This document shows positions 31,496 to 41,965 of a DNA stretch of 64,000 nucleotides, in pieces. A program made the translations under genes and the position numbers. The notes beneath the pieces were generated by a model. It saw nothing but the letters and a program-made list of their open reading frames with translations. It was not told the DNA's origin and searched no databases. The stretch comes from an uncultured delta proteobacterium. GTDB lineage: Bacteria; Desulfobacterota; Desulfobacteria; Desulfobacterales; Desulfatirhabdiaceae. The DNA is taken from the NCBI GenBank assembly GCA_963789395.1, contig CAWBKP010000012.1:160001-224000 (forward strand). Reading direction: 5' to 3'. Numbering within the stretch: position 1 is the first letter of the stretch; each line of letters starts with the position of its first letter.

Positions 31496-33362
31496 ATGCC
31501 TCATAATAAAGCGTGCCTTGAAGCTAAAAAACGTATCCGAGAACTTGAAAAAGAAATCACCGAAAGCCGAAAAGCGATTGATGCTGTAAAGCGTGAAAAG
31601 CTCTTTTCAGAAAAGGTTCTCGATAGCCTGCCTGGAATTTTTTACCTTTACAACGAGGCAGGGGATCTTATCCAGTGGAATAAAAATCACGAAACGCTTA
31701 CCGGTTACAGTGCTGAAGAATTGCCCCGACGGAGCATGCCGGAATGGTTTTCCGGAAAGGATCGTCAACGTGTGCCAGACGCCGTAAAAGATTTATTTAA
31801 AGATGGGGCTCGGCGCGATGTGGAAGCTGATCTCATCATCAAGAACGGGCAAAGGATTCCTTATTATTTTACCGGTGTCAGGATGACCTTAAATGGCCGG
31901 AAATATTTGCTGGGCGTGGGAATTGATCTTACAGAGCAAAAAAAAACAGAGGATGCGCTGCGCAGAAGCGAGGAAAAATACCGGGCCATATTTGAAAATG
32001 CTGCCGAAGGTATTTACCAGACCACACCGCAAGGCGAGGTTGTAAGTGCCAATCCCGCCATGGCCAATATCCTTGGATATGATTCCCCGGAAGAATTGAT
32101 ATCTTCGATAAAGGATATATCAAAGGACCTCTACCTTTCCCAATCCGCCCGAAAAATATTTATCCGCCTGTTGCGTCAAGGCAAGACTGTTTCCGGTTAC
32201 GAAGTTGAATTCCTGCGCAAAAACGGAAGCCGCATTTGGGTATCCCTGCATGCACGGCCAATTATGGACAATAAAGGGAAGCTGCTTCTGATAGAGGGTA
32301 TTTTTTTTGATATTACCGAGAAAAAGCGCGAAGAAGATGCGCTGAGGGAGCGGGAAGAATATTTGCGCAAGGAAAACATCCGGCTTCGATCCAATATCAA
32401 AGACCGATACCGTTTTGGCGATATCGTGGGGAAAAGCGCAGCCATGCAGGATGTATATGAAATGATCTTGAAGGCTGCCGCTACTGATACCAATGTGATC
32501 ATTTATGGGGAGTCCGGCACCGGAAAAGAACTTGTGGCCCGGGCAATCCATAAATTCAGCGACCGCAAGAGTAAGCGGTTTGTCCCAGTAAACTGCGGCG
32601 CCATTCCGGAAAACCTGCTTGAAAGTGAGTTTTTCGGTTACAAGAAAGGCGCCTTTACCGGCGCTGCTACTGACAAAGCGGGGTTTCTGGATCTGGCGGA
32701 TGGCGGTGTTTTGTTCCTTGACGAATTGGGAGAGATCGTGCCCAATCTTCAGGTCAAGTTGTTGCGAGTTCTCGAGGGGGGAGGATATACGCCGGTCGGC
32801 GGGCTCGAAAGTCAAAAAGCCCAACCTTCGCATCATTTCGGCCACCAACCGAAATCTCCAGGATTACGTTGCCCGGGGAATTATGCGAGAGGATTTCTAT
32901 TATCGCATTCATATTATCCCGATACAGCTTCCCCCCCTTCGTCAAAGAAAGGAGGACATTCCCCTGCTGATCGAACACTTCATGAAAACCGCGCCGTCAG
33001 GCAATGAATCCTTATTGGTCACGGGTGAAATGATGGAAGCGATGATCCGCCACGATTGGCCTGGCAATGTCAGAGAATTACAAAACATGCTTCATCGTTT
33101 CCGGAGCCTGAACCGATTTGACCTTGTCAAGAGTATCCCTTCTGTCACAGTTCGAAAACGCCAATTTGGAGCACCGGAGGAAATATGCGAAATCCGCTCG
33201 GAGACTTTCGGTGAAGCCATGGAACTGGCCGAAAAGGAACTGCTGCTGAGGGCACTCGAAACCAATCAGTGGCACCGTGAAGCTGCCGCAAAGAGCATTG
33301 GATTGGCTCCACGAACATTTTACCGGAAAATCAAACAGCATGACCTAATTCGGCATAAATAA
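31496..33362 (+). CDS. PAS-PAS sigma-54-dependent transcriptional activator; apparent +1 frameshift near 32810
   Basis: GESGTGKE, ESEFFG, GAFTGA, FLDE; after the shift REDFYYR, WPGNVRELQN and Fis-type HTH. Confidence 0.92.
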
Positions 33363-33430
33363 TGCCATTATTGACAATACAATAAATTTGCTAACATGTC
33401 AGCATGATATCAATATTTATTCAGTCTTTA

Positions 33431-33446
33431 CTGCCAAATATGGCAG
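33431..33446. promoter_or_regulatory. Candidate enhancer (UAS) palindrome for the sigma-54 activator
   Basis: CTGCCA-AATA-TGGCAG; related TGCCA-TTAT-TGACA at 33363-33376; about 80-160 bp upstream of the -24 element. Confidence 0.5.
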
Positions 33447-33522
33447 AGACATTACCCTCTCCCCCATATCCTCCTAAAGCAATAATCCAAATAATATCAA
33501 ATAGTTTATAAATAAATAGGTG

Positions 33523-33539
33523 TTGGCCCGGCTTTTGCT
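33523..33539 (+). promoter_or_regulatory. Sigma-54 (-24/-12) promoter of the aor operon
   Basis: TTGGCCCGGCTTTTGCT = GG-N10-GC; IHF-like TATCAAATAGTTT at 33495-33507. Confidence 0.75.
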
Positions 33540-33628
33540 GTATAGATTCAAACAGATATTCATCAAAATCTGAGAGTCAGAACAATCTGGTTTTTTACCC
33601 AACGATATTAAATCAAAGGGATTGTATC

Positions 33629-35494
33629 ATGGATCAAATAATCGGGCCAAGCAACCGCATTCTGGAAGTCAATCTTTCCGACCGGAGCCACCGTATTGTT
33701 CATATCAGCGACAAAGACCGGCGGCAATTTATCGGCGGCAAGGGACTGGGACTAAAACTTTTCAATGAGAGGGTTGCTGCGGGAATTGATCCCCTGGGCC
33801 CGGACAACCTGATTGTGTTCATGATGGGGGTCATGCTGGGTACCGGCGCGCCGTGCAGCGGCCGCTTTGCGGCGGTGACCAAATCGCCGCTGACCGGCAT
33901 CATGCTGACTTCCTCCTGCGGCGGCCCTTTCGGCATGGCCCTGAAAACTGCAGGCTACGACGGGTTGATCATCGGCGGCAGATCAGAAACGCCTGTTTAT
34001 CTTAAAATCGATGCGGAAGGACTCTCATTCGAGGATGCTTCTTCCGTGTGGGGTCTGGATACCCAGGAGACGCAAAGCAGGCTGGCTGATGATAAAAAGT
34101 CCGGCGCCCTGGCCATCGGGCCTGCCGGGGAGAATCAGGTGCTGTTTGCCAATGTGGCCTCAGGGCACCGGTTTCTGGGCCGGGGCGGCATGGGTGCGGT
34201 CATGGGAGCCAAGAACCTGAAAGCGGTTGTCGCTCTGGGGGGCAAATACAAGATCCTGCCCCGTCATGCGGATGCGTTTGAAAAAATCAAGCGCAAGGCA
34301 TCCGCCCAGATCGATGCCAACCATTTCACCGGCCATGCCTACCGCAACTTCGGCACCAGCGCCAATGTGAATTTAAGCAACCGGGGAAACATCCTTCCGG
34401 TTCGCAATTTCCGCGACGGGCAGCATGTGAACGCCGGCGAGGTGTCCGGTGAAACCATGCAGCAGAAATACCATACGCGGCCCAGCACCTGCCTGCCGTG
34501 CAAGATCCTCTGCGGCCATAAGGGGACTTACCCGGACGGCACTGTTCACCAGATACCCGAGTACGAAACCATCTGCCTGCTGGGCACCAATCTCGGCGTT
34601 TTCGATACCGAGAGCATCACCGAGTGGAACGATCTGTGCGGACGCATGGGTCTGGACACCATATCCACCGGCGCCACGCTTGCCTGGGTTATGGAGGCCG
34701 GGGAGAAGAAGCTGCTGCAAACCGACTTGAAATTCGGATCGCCCGAAGGCGTCTCAGAGACGATCCAGGCCATCGCCCATCGCAGGGGTCAGGGGGAGGA
34801 GTTTGCCCGGGGGACCCGTCGGCTGGCGGCCAAATACGGCGGGGCTGACTTTGCCATCCAGGTCAAGGGGCTTGATATGGCCGGATACGATCCCCGCGGC
34901 GCCTGGGGCCAGGGGCTGTCCTATGCCGTCGCCAACCGGGGCGCCTGCCATCTGTCGGCAACGACCTTCTCTCTGGAGGTCTTTATGGGATTTCTGAATC
35001 CCTATACCACGCGGGCCAAAGCGCATTTCGTAAAATATTTTGAAAACCTGTTTGCGGCGGTCAACTCCCTTCATGTCTGCCAGTTTACCGCATTTGCATA
35101 TGTCCTGGAGGAGCCGATCGTCAAATACACGCCCAAGTGGATGCTGCGGCTGAACATGCAGTACCTTCCCCGGATTGCCCAGAAATTGATCCTCATCCCG
35201 TCGCTGACCGGCATGTTCAACAGCGTTACCGGCCTTGGCATCAGCCAGGGGGATTTTCTCCGGGCCGGAGAGCGGATACACACCCTGGAGCGCCTCATGA
35301 ATACCCGCGAAGGGATATCCCGAAAGGACGACACCCTGCCGGCGCGGTTTCTTCGGGAGGGACGGGCAGGCGACCCAAAAAAGCGGACCGTTCCCCTGGA
35401 AGCCATGCTGGATGATTACTACCGCCTTCGCGGGTTCGACAACCGGGGCATTCCAGCGCCGCAAACCCTGTCCAAGCTTGGCCTGGCATCTTAA
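33629..35494 (+). CDS. aor: Aldehyde:ferredoxin oxidoreductase family (W/Mo-pterin)
   Basis: IGGKGLG, KSPLTG, GRGGMGAVMG.KNLKA, CxxCxxxC, PEYET, GLDTIS, RGACHL. Confidence 0.92.
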   Translation: MDQIIGPSNRILEVNLSDRSHRIVHISDKDRRQFIGGKGLGLKLFNERVAAGIDPLGPDNLIVFMMGVMLGTGAPCSGRFAAVTKSPLTGIMLTSSCGGPFGMALKTAGYDGLIIGGRSETPVYLKIDAEGLSFEDASSVWGLDTQETQSRLADDKKSGALAIGPAGENQVLFANVASGHRFLGRGGMGAVMGAKNLKAVVALGGKYKILPRHADAFEKIKRKASAQIDANHFTGHAYRNFGTSANVNLSNRGNILPVRNFRDGQHVNAGEVSGETMQQKYHTRPSTCLPCKILCGHKGTYPDGTVHQIPEYETICLLGTNLGVFDTESITEWNDLCGRMGLDTISTGATLAWVMEAGEKKLLQTDLKFGSPEGVSETIQAIAHRRGQGEEFARGTRRLAAKYGGADFAIQVKGLDMAGYDPRGAWGQGLSYAVANRGACHLSATTFSLEVFMGFLNPYTTRAKAHFVKYFENLFAAVNSLHVCQFTAFAYVLEEPIVKYTPKWMLRLNMQYLPRIAQKLILIPSLTGMFNSVTGLGISQGDFLRAGERIHTLERLMNTREGISRKDDTLPARFLREGRAGDPKKRTVPLEAMLDDYYRLRGFDNRGIPAPQTLSKLGLAS

Positions 35495-35535
35495 AACAGA
35501 GCGACGGCTAAATAATAGATTCAAGAGGAGAACCA

Positions 35536-37128
35536 ATGAGCAGACTGGATACATTCGACTACGATTACATTGTCATCGGTTCGGGTTTTGGGGGCAGTGT
35601 TTCCGCCCTTCGCCTGGCTGAGAAAGGGTACTCGGTTGCTGTGCTGGAAAAAGGCAAACGCTGGCAGAAAGAGGATTTTCCCAAAACCAACTGGAACGTC
35701 AGAAAGAACCTGTGGCTGCCCATGATCGGCTGCTTCGGCTACCAGATGCTGACGCAGTTAAAGCATGTCCTCATTTTTCACGGGGGCGGCGTCGGCGGCG
35801 GAAGCCTGGTGTATGCAAACCAGCTTCTGGTGCCGCCGGAAGAAGTTTTTGAAAATCCGGATTGGGGCATTCCGGACTGCAAGGCCCAGCTGATGCCCCA
35901 ATATGAAACCGCCAAGAAAATGCTGGGCGCCAACCCCAGCCCGCAGATCGGCATTGCCGATAAAGCCCTTCGAGAGGTCGGTATTGAGCTGAGGGGCAAG
36001 GATACGTTCCATAAAAACGATGTGGGCATTTTTTTCGGCACGCCGGACAAAACGGTGCCTGATCCCTATTTTGACGGCAAAGGCCCTGAGCGCACGGGAT
36101 GCACGTTCTGCGGGTCCTGTATGGTCGGGTGTCCTGTGGGTGCCAAAAATACGCTCGACAGAAACTACCTCTACCTGGCGGAAGGACTGGGAGCGCGCAT
36201 TATTCCGGAAACCGAGGTCACCGGTGTCAGACCCTGCAACGGCGGGTATGAAATCATCTCCCGGAAGTCGACCGGACTGCGGCATCCGGAAAGAAGCTAT
36301 CGCGCCCGGGGCGTGGTGTTCAGCGGGGGGGTGATGGGTTCCGTCAAGCTGTTGATGAAATGCAAGCATGAAGGGCTGCTTCCAAAAATCTCCGATCAGC
36401 TCGGTAATTTCGTCCGCACGAATTCAGAGGCGATCCTGGGTGTGAAATCAAAGGATAAAACCGTTGACTGGAACGATCAGATCGCAATCACTTCCGGCAT
36501 CTATGCCGATGAAACCACACATATTGAGATGGTCCGTTACAACAAAGGTTCGGATGTTCTGCTGAACCTCTTGACATTGATGACCGATGGCGGCGGGATC
36601 ATTCCCCGCTGGATGCGGTATCTTGGCAATATTGTCCGGCACCCGGTACAGTTTGTAAAGCTCCTGTGGCCTCTGGGGATGGCGTCAACCACGAGCATCG
36701 TTCTGGTCATGCAAACCGACAAGAACTATCTCCAGCTGGATTATAAACCCCGATGGTGGCGGCTCGGCGGGCTCAGCATGAATTCCTCGCTCCCGACCGG
36801 TCAAAAACGTGCGCCGACCTATATTCCCATTGCCAATGACGTGGCAAGACGCTTGGCCAAAAAAATGAACGGAACTCCCTTAAGTCTTCTGCCGGAAGCA
36901 GCATTCAATACATCGACCACGGCACACATTCTCGGAGGATGCTGCATGGGTGAATCACCGGACAAGGGGGTGGTGGGTATAAACGGTGAAGTCTTCGGGT
37001 ATCCGAATCTTTTCGTGGCAGACGGTTCGGTGGTGCCGGCCAATCTGGGGGTCAATCCCAGCCTGACCATCACGGCCCTGTCGGAATTCATCATGTCTCA
37101 GATGCCTGCCAGTCAACCGCAGGGATAA
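35536..37128 (+). CDS. GMC-family FAD oxidoreductase (ChoD/cholesterol-oxidase-like)
   Basis: IGSGFGGSV, GGGVGGGSLVYAN, CxxCxxCxxxC, TAHILGGC, GVNPSLTI. Confidence 0.88.
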   Translation: MSRLDTFDYDYIVIGSGFGGSVSALRLAEKGYSVAVLEKGKRWQKEDFPKTNWNVRKNLWLPMIGCFGYQMLTQLKHVLIFHGGGVGGGSLVYANQLLVPPEEVFENPDWGIPDCKAQLMPQYETAKKMLGANPSPQIGIADKALREVGIELRGKDTFHKNDVGIFFGTPDKTVPDPYFDGKGPERTGCTFCGSCMVGCPVGAKNTLDRNYLYLAEGLGARIIPETEVTGVRPCNGGYEIISRKSTGLRHPERSYRARGVVFSGGVMGSVKLLMKCKHEGLLPKISDQLGNFVRTNSEAILGVKSKDKTVDWNDQIAITSGIYADETTHIEMVRYNKGSDVLLNLLTLMTDGGGIIPRWMRYLGNIVRHPVQFVKLLWPLGMASTTSIVLVMQTDKNYLQLDYKPRWWRLGGLSMNSSLPTGQKRAPTYIPIANDVARRLAKKMNGTPLSLLPEAAFNTSTTAHILGGCCMGESPDKGVVGINGEVFGYPNLFVADGSVVPANLGVNPSLTITALSEFIMSQMPASQPQG

Positions 37129-37178
37129 CCGGCAGCGCGGAATTTTTATTGATTAATAAAATTTGCAAGGGGGGTATC

Positions 37179-38745
37179 ATGCTGAATTTGGCGGCAGTAT
37201 TGGAGCACAGTGCATCGGAATTACCGGATAAGACAGCCATCGTCTTCGGGGATAAGCGTTTCAGTTACAAGCAGGTCAATGCAGTGGCCAATCAAGTAGC
37301 CAACGGCTTGACAGAGGCCGGAATCACAAAGGGGGACAAGGTGGCGCTGAGCTGCCCGAATCTGCCGTATTTTCCGATGATATATTACGGGATACTTAAA
37401 GCTGGCGCTGCTGTTGTGCCCTTGAACGTTCTGCTGAAAGGCCGGGAAATTGCCTATCATTTAAAGGACAGCCAGGCCAAAGCCTATTTCTGTTTCCAGG
37501 GCACGCCGGAGCTACCAATGGCCAAGGAAGGCTGGGCAGGTTTCAACGATGTTCCGGAATGCGAACATTTCTGGGTTGTCACGGCAGACCCGGCAGCCCC
37601 TTCTCCTATAGAGAATACGGCCACTTTCGGTCAGTTGATCAGCCGGCAGTCACCGGTTTTTGAAACGGTTCAGACGCAGTTTGAAGACACGGCCGTCATT
37701 CTCTACACATCTGGCACCACGGGATTTCCCAAAGGAGCCGAGCTTTCCCATGCCAACATGACGCTGAACGCCATTGCTACGCGCGATATCATCCACATGA
37801 AGGATGATGACATTCATGCACTGGTTTTACCGCTGTTTCATTCCTTTGGGCAGACCTGTCAGATGAATGCCGGGTTTTCCATCGGAAACACCCTGGTTCT
37901 GATTCCCAGGTTCAGCCCCGAGGCTGTCCTGGAAGCCATGCAAAGTGAAAAAGTGACCATTTTTGTCGGCGTTCCGACCATGTACTGGCAGCTTCTGGCA
38001 TTTGTCGACAAGGAAAAGCGCTTTGATATCGACGTGATCGCAAATACGCTGAGGATAGGGGTTTCCGGCGCCTCTTCACTTCCGCTGGAAATCATTAAGG
38101 GCATCGAAGAAAAATACAAAATTCCCATCGTGGAAGGCTACGGTCTGTCCGAAACCTGCCCGGTGGCCACATTCAACCACCTTCACAAGGAGCGCAAACC
38201 TGGTTCCGTGGGAACGCCCATCTGGGGCGTAGAGGTTAAGATATTCGATTCAAACAACCAGGAGGTTGCCGATCGGCGAAGTCGGCGAAATCGTGATCCG
38301 GGGACATAACGTGATGAAAGGGTATTTCAATAAGCCCGAAGCAACGGCCGATGCCTTCAAGGGGACTTCCTGGTTTCACACCGGCGATCTGGGCAGGAAG
38401 GATGCGGATGGTTATGTGTATATCGTGGATCGGGTCAAAGACATGATCATCCGCGGCGGCTTCAACGTGTATCCCCGAGAAGTCGAGGAAGTGCTGATGG
38501 CCCATCCGGCAGTCTCCATGGCTTCGGTGATCGGTGTACCACACGACCAGCACGGTGAAGAGGTCAAGGCTTACATCGTCCTGAAAGAAGGGCATCAAAT
38601 CACAGGTACAGAAATCATCGAGTGGTCTAAAGAACAGATGGCGGCGTATAAATACCCCCGCATCGTGGATATCCGGCAAACCTTGCCAATGACGGCCACT
38701 GGAAAAATTCTAAAGAAGGATTTGAAAGCGGAAAGCGCTTTATGA
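37179..38745 (+). CDS. Long-chain acyl-CoA synthetase; apparent +1 frameshift near 38265
   Basis: YTSGTTGFPKG, EGYGLSE; after the shift GEIVIRG, TGDLG, DRVKDMI, TGKILK. Confidence 0.9.
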
Positions 38746-39189
38746 GCAATAATAATTGAATTAACACCCATCGATATGAATGAATTGGTGCTCAGTAGTG
38801 GATATTCCGGCGAGATTGGCCACCGTTTCCGGTTCAAATCAGACCAAGTATTCCGGACATTCTTGTATAGACATATGCTATGAAAACAATGAGAAATGCG
38901 GAAGGGAAATGTCTATCAAGGGCTTTCTCCTGAATACAGTTGCATTAGGTGATTTGCCGAAATGATCAGAAAAGTGATAGATAAAGCATAATGCTCAATT
39001 TATGCTTATGTTATCCTATCTATGAGTATTCAACAGCCGATTTTCTAAAGGATACCGAAACAAATCGAAATAAGGGCTGAAAGGCTGACCATGCACAACA
39101 GGTGGCATCGATGGACTGCACCCGTTCTCATTTTATCGTTTCCGAGAACGACAAACGATAAACATTCCGCTGATACCTGCTGCTACGCT

Positions 39190-40428
39190 CTATTTCAGCT
39201 CTACCTGGACCCTCAGCCCCAGGGCCTTGCGAAGCGCTGACTGGACTTTTTCATGAAGAGCAGTTCCATTTTTCTCGCCATGCTTCGATTCAGGAGAAGC
39301 CTCAACACAGATCTTCAATTTATCATTCATTCCGGCATGTTGATTGATCGCCAGGGAATATTCCAGCTCAATCCCTTCAATGCCCGACAGAACCTCAGTA
39401 ATCGTTTCCGGAAATACATTAATCCCCCGGACAGAAATCATGCGATCCGTTCTGGAAAATATCCGGTTCATGCGGACCAGGGACCGGCCGCAGTCGCATG
39501 GCTGGGTGCAAAGGGTGGTTCTGTCATGGGTCCGGTACCGTATCAGCGGATAGGCGCTGGTGGTCAGGCTGGTCAGGACCAGCTCTCCTTCCCGGCCTTC
39601 TGGAAGTGACTGACCGGTGTCCGGATCGATGATCTCCGGGAAGAAGTGGTCTTCAAAAATATGGAGTCCGGTTTTGGCAATGCATTCGCCCGCAACTCCG
39701 GGCTCGATCAGTTCCGTGACCCCGTAAATGTCGTAGGCCTTTATCCCCAGACCTTCTTCGATGAGGCTTCGGGTGCTCTCCGACCAGGGCTCTGCTCCGA
39801 AAAGCCCGATTTTCAGGGACAGGTCTTTAGAATCGATTCCCTTTTTTTTCATGGTTTCGATAATATGAATGGCAAAAGACGGCGTAGAAACCAGAACCGT
39901 GCTTTTGAAATCGCGCATGATCCGGATCTGGACTTCAGCCGGGGCAACGGATGCCGGAACCACGGCAGCACCGATCAGTTCGGCCCCCTGGTTGAAGCGG
40001 AAAGCCCCCATGAAAAGGCCGTAATTGAAGGCGACCTGAATGATATCATGCTCGGTGATGCCGACCCCGACCATGATCCGCGCCACAAGCTCTCTCCAGA
40101 TTTTCAGATCCTCGCGGGTATAGCCGATGACAATGGGATTTCCAAAGTGTCCCTTGGGAAACTGAAGGCGCACAACGTCCCGGAGCGGGACGGCGAACAT
40201 GCCGTAGGGATAATTTTCAACCAGGTCTTCCCGCGTGGTGAAGGGTATTTTTTTTAGGTCTTCAATGGTTTTGATACCGTCCGGGTTCAGGCCGGCCGCA
40301 TCAAATTTATTGCGGTAAAACCGAACATTGGCGTAAGCATGGTTGATAAGAATTCCCAGCCGCTCGTTCTGAAGGTCGAGGAGTTCTGCGCGATTCATGG
40401 TCTCTGATTCCGTATTGAACATGGCCAT
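39190..40428 (-). CDS. Phenylacetate-CoA ligase family protein with a degenerate P-loop and short C-terminus
   Basis: YPYGMFAVP, GAEPWSE, DIYGVTE, PLIRYRT, RGINVFP; the usual SSGTTG is replaced by PKGHFG. Confidence 0.82.
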   Translation of the reverse strand: MAMFNTESETMNRAELLDLQNERLGILINHAYANVRFYRNKFDAAGLNPDGIKTIEDLKKIPFTTREDLVENYPYGMFAVPLRDVVRLQFPKGHFGNPIVIGYTREDLKIWRELVARIMVGVGITEHDIIQVAFNYGLFMGAFRFNQGAELIGAAVVPASVAPAEVQIRIMRDFKSTVLVSTPSFAIHIIETMKKKGIDSKDLSLKIGLFGAEPWSESTRSLIEEGLGIKAYDIYGVTELIEPGVAGECIAKTGLHIFEDHFFPEIIDPDTGQSLPEGREGELVLTSLTTSAYPLIRYRTHDRTTLCTQPCDCGRSLVRMNRIFSRTDRMISVRGINVFPETITEVLSGIEGIELEYSLAINQHAGMNDKLKICVEASPESKHGEKNGTALHEKVQSALRKALGLRVQVELK

Positions 40429-40443
40429 CTGTATCACTCCTTT

Positions 40444-41175
40444 TCAGCGTTCCCATTTTTCCTTGTAATCATTTCCGAGAAAGGCCCGTTTGACCTCGTC
40501 GTTGTTCATCAGCTCACCACCCGAGCCTGTCAAAGTGATCCGGCCGGTTTCCATCACATAGGCCCGGTTTGAAATCCGCAGGGCTTCCCTGGCGTTCTGC
40601 TCCACAAGAAGGATGGTAGTTCCCATGCTGTTCAGAGATTGAATGATGCGAAACATCTCTGCGACGATGGCAGGCGCAAGCCCCAGCGACGGTTCATCCA
40701 GCATAAGCAGCCTGGGCTTTGCCATAAGCGCTCTGCCCAGGGCCAGCATCTGGCGCTCGCCTCCGGACAGTGTACCGGCCGCCCTGCCCGCACGTTCCCG
40801 GAGAATGGGAAAGATCACGTAGATCCCCTCAATTTCCGACTGTAAGGTATTTCGATCCAGACGCCGGAGATAGGCGCCGAGTTCCAGATTCTCGAGAACT
40901 GTCAAGGGAGCAAAGATCTTGTCTTTTTCCGGCACCTGAATCAGCCCCATGCCAACGATCCTGTCCGGCTGCATGCGTTGAATTTCCCGTTCAAGAAACA
41001 GAACCTCGCCGCTTTTCAGGGAATGCAGGCCGGAAATGACATTCAGGAGCGTTGTTTTTCCCGCACCATTGGCGCCGATGAGAGAGACTATCTCGCCTTT
41101 ACGGATATGAAGCGAGGTCCGGTGGAGGACCTGAATCTTTCCGTAACCCGCATCAATGTTTTTGATCTTCAGCAT
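40444..41175 (-). CDS. livF: Branched-chain amino acid ABC transporter ATP-binding subunit
   Basis: GANGAGKTT, LSGGERQMLA, LDEPSLGLAP, VEQN. Confidence 0.92.
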   Translation of the reverse strand: MLKIKNIDAGYGKIQVLHRTSLHIRKGEIVSLIGANGAGKTTLLNVISGLHSLKSGEVLFLEREIQRMQPDRIVGMGLIQVPEKDKIFAPLTVLENLELGAYLRRLDRNTLQSEIEGIYVIFPILRERAGRAAGTLSGGERQMLALGRALMAKPRLLMLDEPSLGLAPAIVAEMFRIIQSLNSMGTTILLVEQNAREALRISNRAYVMETGRITLTGSGGELMNNDEVKRAFLGNDYKEKWER

Positions 41176-41179
41176 GTCC

Positions 41180-41965
41180 TCATTTCCCCAGATATGCCTC
41201 GATCACCTGCTTGTTTTTCTGGATATCCTCCGGCGTGCCTTCGCCGATCTTGACGCCGTGGTGAAGCACGATCAGGCTGTCTGAAATCGCCATGACCAGT
41301 CGCATGTTGTGCTCCACCAGAATGATGGTCTGGCCTTTTTCCTTGAGCCCGAGAATAAGATGACCCATCTCTTCCATCTCGCGGATCGTTAACCCGGCGG
41401 CCGGCTCATCCAGAAGCAGGATTTCCGGCTCGGACGCCATGGCCCTTGCCATTTCCAGGCGCCGCTGGTCAAGGATGCTGATTTGTCCGGCCAAGGCCCC
41501 GGCCATAGAAAGCAGCCCGAATTGCTGAAGAACGCGTTCTGATTTTTCACGGATCAATGCTTCCTCTCTCCGTTCCGAAGGCAGACGAAACATGCCTTTA
41601 ATAAAGCCGGAAGTTGTTCGGGAATGCATCCCGACCATGACATTTTCCAGAACCGACATATTCACAAAGAGCTGAGCCTGTTGAAAAGAGCGGGCCATGC
41701 CCAGAGCGGCGATTTCAAATGGCTTAAGCCTGGTGATCTGTTTTCCCTGAAAAATAATCTCTCCGTCGTGCAGCGGATACACGCCGGTGATGGCGTTGAT
41801 AAGCGTGGTTTTTCCAGCTCCGTTGGGACCTATAATGGAGACGATCTGTTGTGGGCTTATGGAAAAGGAAAGACGGCTCAGGGCCTCGATTCCTTGGAAA
41901 CGAACAGTGATTTTCCGTGCCTCCAGTACAGCAGGAGCCTTTTTCCCCGGTTCCTGCTTGGTCAT
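41180..41965 (-). CDS. livG: Branched-chain amino acid ABC transporter ATP-binding subunit
   Basis: GPNGAGKTT, LLDEPAAG, VEHNM, VIEAYLG. Confidence 0.92.
   Translation of the reverse strand: MTKQEPGKKAPAVLEARKITVRFQGIEALSRLSFSISPQQIVSIIGPNGAGKTTLINAITGVYPLHDGEIIFQGKQITRLKPFEIAALGMARSFQQAQLFVNMSVLENVMVGMHSRTTSGFIKGMFRLPSERREEALIREKSERVLQQFGLLSMAGALAGQISILDQRRLEMARAMASEPEILLLDEPAAGLTIREMEEMGHLILGLKEKGQTIILVEHNMRLVMAISDSLIVLHHGVKIGEGTPEDIQKNKQVIEAYLGK

Noticed and set aside
38746..39100. Short ORFs after the acyl-CoA ligase
   Set aside because: No RBS, no recognisable motifs, AT-rich spacer
39100..39192. Stop-codon read-through or frameshift extending the paaK-like gene
   Set aside because: None of the three downstream frames resembles the PaaK C-terminal motif
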